In this document: positions 40,578-51,809 of the stretch, in pieces | How positions within the stretch are numbered: position 1 is the stretch's first letter | Layout of the letters: each line of letters begins with the position of its first letter | Position numbers and translations under genes: made by a program | The notes under the pieces: generated by a model | What the model was told of the DNA's origin: nothing | What the model saw: only the letters and a program-made list of their open reading frames with translations | The model's database searches: none | Source of the DNA: Octopus sinensis | Lineage: Eukaryota | Direction of reading: 5' to 3' | Length of the DNA: 64,000 bases | Assembly: GCF_006345805.1 (NCBI RefSeq) | Contig: NC_042999.1 | Coordinates: 110,918,001-110,982,000, forward strand

Positions 40578-40780
40578 ATATTCTTTTACGTGTTTCAGTC
40601 ATTTGACAGCAGCCGTGCTGGAACATCGCCTCAAAGGGTTTTTAGTCGGACAAACTGACCCCAGGACTTATTTATTAAATCTAGTACTTATTCCTTCGGT
40701 CTCTTTTGCCGAACTGCAAGATTACGGTGATGGGGAGGGGAGCAAACACGGATACAAAGACACACACACACACACACACA
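40578..40780 (-). mobile_element. SINE family A 3' half
   Basis: gtttcagtcatttgacagcagccgtgctggaacatcgcc...gacacacaca. Confidence 0.75.
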
Positions 40781-40782
40781 CA

Positions 40783-41815
40783 TCAAGCTGAATAAAAAGT
40801 AAGCAACGTTTTGAAACATGAAATCCATCACAATATATTTATTTCAACCATACGAAAATTTTATTCATCAAAGTAAGTGCCATTACAATCAAGGCATATT
40901 TGCCAACGAGTTATGAGTTTGTTTATTCCGGTAACATAAAAATCTGGAATTCTGGAGCCGATGAACTCTTTGAACACACTTTGAGCATCGGTTTGATTTT
41001 TGAACTCCTTCTCTTACAGGAAACCATCAAGGTGCTTTAAAAAAGTGGTAGTCGGTAGGAGAAAGGTCTGGAGAAGTTGGGTGGGAAAGAACTTCGTAGC
41101 CAAGTTCCCTCAACTTCTGTAACTTCATTAGAGAAACGTGTGGTCGAGCATTGTCATGAAAAATGATTGGCCGTCTTCTGTTGATTAGTCTGGGACGGAG
41201 GAGTAGCAGCTTTTCGTTCATTTTGGTAATTTCATGTCAATGTTTTTGCAGTAATCCTTTTTAAGAAGTTATAGTGGGTGAGTCCAGCAGTACACCAACA
41301 AACAGTCACCATAACCTTCTTTTTTGAAGAGCTCGGGTATATTATTATTATTATTATTATTATTTTGAAGAACGTTTTTTTTTATTATTGTAGAGAATCC
41401 ACTTTTCATCGCAAGTTGAAATACGGTAGAGAAAGGGATTGGTCTGCTTACGTAGAAGCGCTGAGCAAATTTCATATCTGTGCAGTTTCTGATTTTCCTT
41501 AAAATCGTATGGGACCCATTTGTCGAGCTTTTTTGATTTTCCGATCGAATGCTGATGGTTGCAGGCAGTTTTCTGGTCAACTTGAAGTTCTTTTGTCAGT
41601 TCTCGAGTGGTTTTACGCGGATCTTTCTCAATGAAGGTCTTTAATTGACCGCCTTCGATGACAGATGGGCGTTCACTACGCTCACGATCTTCAAGGCTCA
41701 GGTCTACACTGTGAAATCGCTTAAACCATCTTAGAGCAGACCATTCACTGGTCATTTCCTCACCAAACGTTTCGAATTCCTAGAATACCGCGCTTTGACC
41801 GTTCCACTTCAGATG
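40783..41815 (-). mobile_element. Mariner (Hsmar1/cecropia-like, DD34D) pseudogene, 5'-truncated
   Basis: RWFKRF...LEDRERSERP...KWVP...TCDEKWILYNN...FHDNARPH...SPDLSPTDYHFFKHLDGFL...GINKLITRWQICLDCNGTYFDE* (stop at 40861); frameshifts; (TAA)n at ~41338-41365. Confidence 0.92.
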
Positions 41816-41820
41816 ATTGT

Positions 41821-43600
41821 AACAACAAATTCTTTATTGCCCACAGGGGGGATAAATATAGGGGGGGGGGCAGTACATATACAAACAGGACAGTACAATG
41901 AAAGTGGGGACACAAAAGCGGATGAAAGGATGGATAAAAATAAAATTACAATGAACAATGAAATGAAGCCACTCGACTCCGCGTCCGGGCGACTTCATTT
42001 AACTTTACAATTATATCCTTTTTTCGAGGTTTTATGACGTATTTTCTTTTTATAAAAAAAAATTTAAACATGTTTAACATTACAAAATGTCTATTCCAAA
42101 GTCTTGTTTTAATTTAATTCAACTCACCATTGTAGACATCTCACTGGTATCTATGTTCCTGACCACGTATTTAAGTCTCTTCATGTCTTTTTAGTCTATC
42201 CATAGATATATAGGGTCGACAATAATGCAACCCAAATTCCTGGGCACTTCATCACAAAGATACGTGTTCACCCTTATTATCTTTTCCCAGCTATGAATTT
42301 CATTTACAAGCCTGGCATTTGTCTCATCGTAAAAAAGCGATGTACTTATCTTTTTCCCTTCTTTCTTCACAGGGCAGGGGTTCGGAAGTTTGGGGCTCTT
42401 GTGTGCATGTGCTCATTTTTTTCTATGTCGGATGGGCCAAGAAGAGGATTGATGCTTGCAGGGGAAGGGAGGGAAAGAGTGGGTGTGGGATGGGGTTCAT
42501 CACTCACAGGCTGTCTTCTTCCATTTTTTTTCCCGCATTTTCCCATCCGTCATCTTCCCTGTTCTCGCCTACCTCTGCTTCCGCACTGGTTTTTACTGGA
42601 GACGGAGGTGCGGCTTCCTTCCTGTTCACGAGCTTGGTTTGTATTTCTGCGGGTGGTGGAGGACAGTCTACTCTAATCTGAGCCGTTTGGCCACATTTGT
42701 AGAACCGAAGGATTCTGCCCTCGACTTTAACCCTTAGTATTATGTCTTCAACCGTTATGATTTCTCTTATTTTTCTAGATCCTCCGAGGCGGCCTGGATT
42801 ATTATATCTAGACCTTGCCTCTACCATTTCTTGCGGGCAGTGAAAGTGACTTGGAGGACCACCACCGTCTCTTCCAAGCCGAGCAGGATAGTGTCCACCA
42901 CCCAGGCTACGTCTCTTTCGGGCTACGTCGTCTACTCTTGCTCTGGAAGCACGCCTTCCAAGGTATATGGGTAGAAGCACTACCTCCTCCATTTTTAAAG
43001 GGGTTACTTAGAGTAGCCTGGTGGTCGCTGCATCTCGGAACCGTACCTCCACAGTTCCAAACTTTCGACCTCTGTTGAGGTACACAATTTCTCTCCATAT
43101 TTGTTTTAAAGCCTTTTCAATCTGTGCAACCGTCATCACCTCAACTTACCTGTTTTTCTACCGAAAATGTTCTATAAACAATCATTTTTTTCTTTTTCAA
43201 CCTGTATCGCTTATTGGGGAGGCGACACCTTCACATTGTTTCCGCCCTTTCTTAATGTTTCTTTATATTTACCAATTTCCTCCAATTTAATCTGATTTTG
43301 GTGGCTTCTGGCCACCGCCGCGAAATACATCTTGCTCACATCGTCTAGGGCTCTTTTCAGCTGGTCCTCAGAAGAAGTGAATTCTGAGAAGCTTAAGTCC
43401 TCATAATTCATCATTTTTTTTCAAACTGCGCTGCTCACTTCAAATAAGGGGAACAGCGTTAACAAAACTGCCATATGGCAGAAAAAGCAAATGTCTCACG
43501 ACACAACAATTAACAAAACGCAATCCCAAAAGGGAAAAACCTACAACAAGCAATGAGAGAGTTACTCAACTTAGCAGCCGAAATAACAGAACCAGCCTGC
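41821..43600 (-). mobile_element. Non-LTR retroelement encoding only a decayed gag-like ORF1 (RRM-like region plus degenerate CCHC knuckle), followed directly by a 3' UTR
   Basis: ORF from ~43414 to ~42125 with stops and frameshifts: MNYEDLSFSE...MIVYRTFSVEKQV...IEKALKQIWREIVYLNRGRKFGTVEVRF...LRFYKCGQTAQIRVDCP; no ORF2 seen; 3' end homologous to the SINE-B tail. 5' boundary uncertain. Confidence 0.7.
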
Positions 43601-43929
43601 ATATTCCGTAGAGTTTCCTCATGCAACTACCTTGTATGTAATTTGTATGGAGGCTTATACCAAGTGAGATTTCTGTTTCTGTTTTGATGTGCACCAATAC
43701 TTCCCCCATTCGGCCAAAGTTATTTCTGTTATCTTTGAACATACTTTTAAAATGTATACTCTCATCTGTATGAACCTATACCACCTACGGATTGTTACTA
43801 TTACAATCATTGAATTAATAATTGATATTACATACATACACAACCATACATGGATACATATGTGCGTATGCACACATTTACATACGTACATACATACGTA
43901 CATACATACATACATACATACATACATAC

Positions 43930-43961
<32 letters not shown>

Positions 43962-45042
43962 ACCATTCCATTACGATTTGGCCTTTCACTCTCTGTCTGG
44001 TTAGATGACGTAGTCACCGAAAAATAATATTAAGCGCTGGATTAAAATCAACTCAAACATATCTTTGTGCTATATATTCGAAATATTTATATTCTGCAGC
44101 ATTTTATTCACAGAGACATTGCTGCCATAGCAATTATTAATTTAATTAATTTAGATTATTTTTTTATGAAGCCCTCTCAGTGAAAAATATCTCGTTTTTA
44201 GATGCGTTGTGATGAACCGTGTTGCACATGTGCTTCGTATTACATCCACCTTACCTACCGATCTACATGCATACATACACATACTTACACTCACACGCAC
44301 AAACAAATAGACGCAAAGATAGATGGATGTGTGTATGTATGTGTGTATGTACAGGCGAGTTAGCAGAGTTGTTATGGTTTCTGATTGAATATCTTGCACG
44401 TAAATCATGCAAGCATGGCAAAACGGACATAAAAATGGCGGTGGTAATATCGTTGTGATGTATAACATTTAATTTGCGTTTCACTTGCGTATTATGTTCA
44501 TGTTAAATTTCTGTCTACAGGTCTCCTCCACTCTGCGTTACCCTGTCGTCTGTCACTCATCCTCTCACCTATCACATGCCTATCACCCGGCTGTTGAACA
44601 AGGGCTGGAACTGGATATCTGTATTCAATTGTCCCTTGTATCCTTATTGTTTTACTGCTCTCTCATCATGCTGCCTGCATAACAAGGAATGACACTCTAC
44701 CATTACTCTCTCTTTCTCTCCATCCAAGCACTTATAAACATCACACAGTCTCACTCTTTTTCTCTCACATTCTAATCTCTCTCTCTTACTATCAACCATC
44801 TTTTATTGCTTCATATCACTCTCTCTCTCTCTCTCACACACATATCACACCCTTCTCTATCACTAGTTGTTCACATCAATCACGCTACCTCCCATCATTC
44901 CCAATTCCATTCCTCTCTTCATCATCATTCTATTCCCTTCCACCACCCTCTCCCTCGTGTGTCTCTTCTAGTCCTGCCTGCCTGTTTGTTTGTCTACCTG
45001 TCTACATCACTCTATCTCACTGTTTGTCTGTCTGTCTGTATC

Positions 45043-45279
45043 TTCTTATTTCTTTACTGCCCACAAGGGGCTAAACACAGAGAGGACAAACAAGGACAGA
45101 CAAACGGATTAAGTCGATTATATAGACCCTAGTGCGTAACTGGTACTTAATTTATCGACCCCGAAAGGATGAAAGGCAAAGTCGACCTCGGCGGAATTTG
45201 AACTCAGAACATAACGGCAGACGAAATACGGCTACGCATTTCGCCCGGCGTGCTAACGTTTCTGCCAGCTCGCCGCCTT
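45043..45279 (-). mobile_element. SINE family B, full length, long tail (variant iii), young
   Basis: Head aaggcggcgagctggcagaaacgttagcacgccggg; tail ...tttagccccttgtgggcagtaaagaaataag. Confidence 0.92.
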
Positions 45280-45627
45280 TCTGTCACTTCTATTCACTTT
45301 CTTGGTCATACTGCGCTGATCATCAGTGAAAAATTAGAGTAAAGATAAAACGTTAGTCTTGTCGAGGACAAGACAAACTCTCAAGAGTTGGTGCCATGAT
45401 AAATGCACTTAACACTCTATGACGTGATAACCCAAAGGAGAAAATATTTGTTAGAGAAGACTTTTTAGTTTGCTGTGAGGACAAGCTAAACCATGTTTGG
45501 CTTGTCACGATAAAATGCAGACACTATAGCCTATAAAGTGGGTAGTGTTAGTGAGGCCGTCAACCGTAGAAACCATGTCAATAGAAAATGTGAGAGTGGG
45601 ATATAGTCACCAACCCACCGCAGAGTG

Positions 45628-46030
45628 CAGTGCGGTAAGAAGCTTCCTTCCCAACCGCATGGTTCCGGGTTCAGTCCCACTGCGTTGCAGCTTGGGAAAG
45701 TGTTTTCAACTATAGCCTTGGACCGCCCAAAGTCTTGTGAGTGGATTTGGTTGATGGAAACTGAAAGAAGCTCGTTGTATATGTGTGTGTGTGTATTTAT
45801 TTGTGTGCGCGTGCGTGTGAGTTTGTCCCCCTATCATCGCTTGACAACCGATGTTGGTGTGTTTACGTCCGTATCTTAGCAGTTCAGCAAAATATGCCGA
45901 TAGAATTAGTACTAGGCTTACAAAAGAATAAGTCCTGGTGTCGATTTCGCCGACTAAAGATGGTGCTCCAGCATGGTCGCACTCAGATGACCGAAACAAA
46001 TAAAATTTTGATATTTAGAAATAAAAGAAA
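45628..46030 (+). mobile_element. SINE family A, near full length
   Basis: cagtgcggtaagaagctt...ccgggttcagtcccactgcg...gctccagcatggtcgc...ccgaaacaaataaaa. Confidence 0.88.
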
Positions 46031-46170
46031 AATAACTGACTCAGACTACGACGACCCGTCCAATCCAAAAGTCGTGAAGGTATGATGATGGCGATAATGA
46101 TGATGATGAGGAGGATGGTTATGTAGGGGTGGATGTGTACATGAACACATGTGTACATGAATGTGACACA

Positions 46171-46248
<78 letters not shown>

Positions 46249-47318
46249 CGCTCATACAAACACATATACACTTTAGATAGGAATAATTAGATTCAGTTTT
46301 TCTAATCTGAGGAACCAACAGCACGTTGGGAAAACTCCAGAATAACAGGCAACTGTTACTGTTCAATGCTGAGCACCTTTTCTCCTGTTCGTTAAAACTA
46401 ACACGTGTACGTGCTGGTATGTACGTATATATGGAGAGAAAGAAAGAAAGAGAGATATCTTACAAGTACACATACACATATAAATACACATACTCACATA
46501 GAGAGAGATTTCAATCCATGTTGAATTGGATGTCTCTATGTTTTATGAATTAAATGTTAATTATTCTAAATGAGCTCTGTTTTATTTTGACCTCATTAAT
46601 CACTAATTAACAAGTTATATTCTTCAATAAACATAAACGGTAATACCATAAAAATTGTATTATTATGTTAATTTCTTGTTTTTAATATTTTCATATGACA
46701 ACGCTGTTCTTTTAAAGGAGACAATCTTTAATAACGTTTGCTGTTGCGTCTGTAAAGCACATGCCACCGATAACCATGATTAAACAGATTTATCCCCATT
46801 TAAATATAAGTCAATAATGGATTGTTTTGATACACTATATTCCCGTCATAACGTCGTAAAAATTAGCATCTTCGAGAAGGAGAAATAATTCGTTTTTAGG
46901 GACGGTGAATCTCGAAGTAAATAAAGCTATCAATAATAGCGGGTTAAAAGCCTCTTGGACAAAAGGGTCGAAGGTTGCTTGTGGGACAATGTTAGAACGT
47001 CTGTTGTGTTTACAGGAGATGTAGGTTCAGTCCCACTTGCAACCATTGACATTTTCCAGCCAAAAAGTTTAAAACCCAATATTTTACATGCTATTATTTA
47101 TAGCTCTATTTGCTTCGATGTACATTTATTTTCATTTACTGAGACACTTTTGAGATCTTTGTGGTCTGAGTCACTGCATGTCGAAATCTTAAAAAAAAGT
47201 TTTTAATGTAACATATAGATGTAATTTGTGACGTTGAATACTTATTTGTTATTCTTTTATTCCAGAAAAAACTTTTGCGGAAATCTTACAGGTGTTCGAA
47301 GTTCGATCGTCTTCAAAA

Positions 47319-47513
47319 TTTTCAGCCAATCAGAAAACAGCGCGCTCGCTGCCTCTTCCATCATGTCCCAGTAGCGAGAAGGGGGGGGGCTGTCAATTAT
47401 GGAACAAGTGTGGGTTACACTCTTTGGTTACTATGGAAACATTTGTTTTTTGCTTACAATGCTAACAGAAATTCACGGTGAGGTGTAAAATACTCGCTTC
47501 TGATTGGCTAAAA
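47319..47513. promoter_or_regulatory. Promoter-like motif cluster: inverted CCAAT boxes flanking an RFX X-box (could be repeat-borne)
   Basis: cagCCAATcag at 47326, gttactatggaaac at 47427-47440, ctgATTGGct at 47503; CpG-rich core. Confidence 0.35.
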
Positions 47514-47984
47514 TACCCAACTTTTTCAAATTTTCAAGAGCAATAAGTTTTTAATTATTAGTTTATAGGAAAAATGATTTTCATTTTCATAATTAGTATA
47601 CAAAACTTAATCCATATACCAAATTTGAAAACAACTGAAACGAAACTGGAGATAGTGATTCAAGCCACAAAGATCCCGCTTTCGTCTACAGAAAAGAGTT
47701 AGGAAACGTAAAATTTCTTTGTTTGGTTTAGTGGTTGGTTGAAAAGTAATCGACTGATTGGAGACAGAAATAAGATGCTCCGAAAAAGAAAGCGACATTT
47801 AAGTAATAAGATAAAAAAACAAACTCTACTAAATGACAGAGAAGTCTCAAAAGTGAGTGGAAATACGTGATTAATTCTGATCTCCTGTGTGTGCATGTGT
47901 ACGTGGTACGTGTTGTGTATGTATGTGTGTGTGTGCACCTGCATGTACGTGTGTCTATGTGTATGTATGTACGTACGTGTGAAT

Positions 47985-48301
47985 GCGCGTGGCTTAGTGG
48001 TTAGGGTGTTCGGCTTATGATCGTAAGACCGAGAGTTCGATTCTTGGCGGCGCGTTGTATCCTTGAGCAAGACTCTTTATTTCCCGTTGCTCCGGTCCAC
48101 TCAGCTGGCAAAAATTATTTGTACCAGTAATTCAAAGGGTGATCCTTGTCCCGTTTTGTGTAATGCTGAATCTCCCTGATAGCTACGTCAAGGGTACTCG
48201 TGTCTGTGGAGTGCTCAGCCACTTGCACGTTAATTTCCCGAGCAGGCTGTTCTGTTGATCGGATCAACTAGAATCCTCGTTGTCGTGCTTGACGGAGTAC
48301 C
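47985..48301 (+). mobile_element. SINE family C, full length, young
   Basis: A-box tggcttagtgg, B-box gagttcgattc; body homologous to 12353. Confidence 0.9.
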
Positions 48302-48344
48302 AGTATGCACGTAAATGTATGTATGTGTGTATGTATGTATGGGG

Positions 48345-48535
48345 AATTCACACAAAAAAAACAACAAAAGACGAAGACAGGTGGTGTAGACAACAAACAG
48401 ATGTATTAGTATAACACTCGGGAAGTGAAAAAAGTCTTTAACGTTTCGAGCCTACGCTCTTCCACAGAAAGGAACCCAGAAAGAAACAAGGAGAGAAAAT
48501 AAAGAATGTGTAGTGGCTAGTGATCTATCATGGCG
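48345..48535 (-). mobile_element. Penelope-like terminal-repeat fragment with minimal hammerhead motif
   Basis: Minus strand ctttCTGTGGAagagcgtaggctcGAAACGTtaaag (48436-48471); related to 63860-64000. Confidence 0.55.
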
Positions 48536-48834
48536 AATGGATGCATGCATGAATTGATTGATGTATGTGTGCGTGTATGTGTGTATTTATGCTCGTATAT
48601 GAAAATTCGAGGAAGCGTAGTATCAATGCGTACAAATGAAAATGCTAGTGACTAACCGACACAGATAGAAGCGTATCTTTGGTGATAGAGCCCAACGATG
48701 CCGCAAAGCATTCTAGATCCAAAATGATTTCCACTGCTGGAGAGTTCGCGTATATTTCCCTTATGTCCTGTATCAGGAATTTGCTTTTGTGGTATATATT
48801 TTCCCCGTTGTATAAATTGAATGTCATTTTTCAC

Positions 48835-49180
48835 TCGTTCTACTCACTGCACAGTGGCCATGCTGGGGCACCGAATTGAGAGGTTTGGTCAATCAAATTG
48901 ACCCAGTACTTTTTTTTTTAAAGTTTTATACATATGCTATCAGTCTTTCTTGCCAAACTGCTAAACTACAGTGACTTGAACAAAATAATACCCGAGTGTT
49001 GAGCGGATGGTGGTCAAGGACAAAGACAAAGACAGGCACACTCACACATAAATATTTATGCATGATAGGCTTCAACGCAGTTTTCATCGACCAAATTCAC
49101 TCATTCGTTGGCTCAGAGCAATCGTAGGGGTCGATGAGACTGAACCCGAAAACATGTGATTGCAAAGCAAGCTTCTTAAC
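48835..49180 (-). mobile_element. Degenerate SINE family A
   Basis: ggccatgctggggcaccg...cagttttcatcgaccaaattcactca...tgaacccgaaaacatgtg. Confidence 0.7.
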
Positions 49181-49573
49181 CCACAGCTATAATTTCTATG
49201 AACACTTGATACGTACTTTCTTTGAAAAATATCTCGTTAAAACTAGTTATAATATACAACTCTGAAGTATGTGTGTGTCTTGTTACTGAGTCAACATGTA
49301 AACCAACTCCAAGTGACTTTCTCGCTCGGATTGCACTGCAAAAATTTTTGTGTCTTCTTTTTCTCAATTTCTTTCACCTTTCCTTCTCTCTTGTCACTCT
49401 AAACCCTACTCCCTTCAAGAAAGTGCCTCAAAAGTCCTAATCATTAACACTTTTAATTTCTCTGAACGCTCAGCTAAAAAGTTTGAGCACGAACTTTTAT
49501 TGATTTTGAATTTGTTTTAGTTTCTTCTCACAGACGCACATGCGCATTAACACTTACGCATACATAATCATAC

Positions 49574-49615
<42 letters not shown>

Positions 49616-49616
49616 T

Positions 49617-49664
<48 letters not shown>

Positions 49665-50511
49665 TATATACATACGTATGAGTACATACTTACATCTATA
49701 CGCATATATATATATATATATGCATATGTGGGTAATGGACGTCATGAAAGGTGTACAAAAAAAAAAAAGAAGCACGAGTACATGGTGCATGAACTCTTCT
49801 TTGGAACAACGAAAGACCCAAATGGAAAACAAAGCAAATAACGTAAAGAACGACTCTTCATCAGTTGTTGGCTGTTTTCTAGTCTCGTATTTCGAGGAGA
49901 CTAGAAAAACACTAGAGATGCAGCACGGAATTTTGTCAGTGAACAGGTCGTGGTCTCAGAGCGACGAAAATATTTTGAAAAATTACATTTAAATGCTGAA
50001 GTGAATCTAACGGTTTTTTGTGTGTTTCTTAAATGACTTATAAACACCTTCCACGCTGCAATTGTTTTCGTTCCAGCACACGATCTCAGATCAGGTAATT
50101 TGCTATGCAAGTACATCTCCGTAATGTATATATATATATATACATACATATATATATAACTGTGTGGTTTTTGAAATGTACTTCTTAACCACACGGCCAT
50201 GCATGTACATAGGCAAATACATGCAGAATGGAAATGGGGGTGGAAGAAAAGGTGTGATAAAGATTGATAGGGAAAGAGAGAGAGATGGGGGAGAAAAAGG
50301 GACAAGGAGAGAGAGGAAGGGAAGGGGAGAGAGAGATTAGTGACAATTTCTGTGGATGATATGTTAAGTATGATCATGCTTTGTAAGTAGATGAAGCATT
50401 TAGTGCATAAAGAAGAACTTTGACATGATATTAAATAGATAGAATCTATAGAAACCTCTATGTGAATATGACAGTTGATAGAACATAAGTTTACTTTCCA
50501 ACAGATAAGTA

Positions 50512-50557
<46 letters not shown>

Positions 50558-51769
50558 GTACAATGTTTGGATATTTTTTTCTCCTGGTTGGGACTTTTTT
50601 CACTGATACTAAATAAAGCTATAAAAGATGTGACAAACATATATTACTAAACTAATGACTCAACTAGTAGGCGTCTGACTCGAGGCTTACACTGTCAGAG
50701 TTGCCATGAGCAATGATTAATTCAGAGATATATAAATGAGAAACTTCAGAAAGAAAATGAAGAATAATAGAAATCTATAAATGAAATCATGTGACATGAA
50801 GAAAGAAAAAAAGAAGGCTTTCTCTAGCATATTTATTTATTTTTTTTTTTGTCAGTAAAATTTTAACCCAAATTTTGAGTAAGTAAATTAAAATGAATCT
50901 TATATCGAAAGTGAGAGTATTTATTTCATTGTACAAGAAAAATTGTTCTTAATACATTCTTCTCTGATCTCTTTTTACCCAGCATGCTTAGCAACATGAC
51001 ATCATAACATACATCAGAAATGTCAGCTGCTAGTTCAGTTCAAAATTTTTTTAATTCTTTTTGTATGTGTGTGATTTTTCTGTTTACTTTTTTCTTTTTA
51101 TTAAAAAAATTTTTTTTTAACAAAATCCACTTCATATTCTCTGAAGATACTTCTAAAGTGTAAAACTTCTTTTTTCTTCATTTTTTATTAAAACCTGCCA
51201 AAAAATCTCAATTTTTTTTTTTTTTGGTTTTTGAAATTTTATTTTCCTCTTTACAAGTCTCAAAGGAATTTTAAGTCTCTTTTTCCCCCTATAGGTTTAT
51301 CCAAAGCAGAATGTAGAGAACTCTCCAGTCGCTTCTCTATCTATCACCTTACAAACGTGCTTCTCCCCAGCATGTTTAGCAATAGCGTCATGACACATAT
51401 GTGGAAGTGGGTGTCAGCTGCCATTTTAGGTCCAAAATGTGTCTTGAAAGAATGTTTTGGTTTAACTTCATTATTTTTTTCCAAAAAAATGTCTCTCAGT
51501 GTCTAAGAAGAAGAGAAAGACATTAAACATCTTTAATAAGGTAAACATTTTTTTTCAGTTGACACAAATTTTAACCATGACTTTTTAACATGTATTTTTA
51601 GCATAAAACTTAAATCTAATTCTTTTCATTATTACCATCGGTTGAATAGATTTGCTAATTCATGTATTTTTGTAATTGCTCGAGGTTTCTTAATGAATAG
51701 ATCAGTAAAGGTTTTTGTGTATATTTCAAAATTTTAGGTTTTGGTTTTATTTCTAACCTCTCTCCTCAC

Positions 51770-51809
<40 letters not shown>

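Noticed and set aside
42293-43290. Plus-strand ORFs of 87-127 aa
   Set aside because: Antisense shadows of the GC-richer retroelement ORF1.
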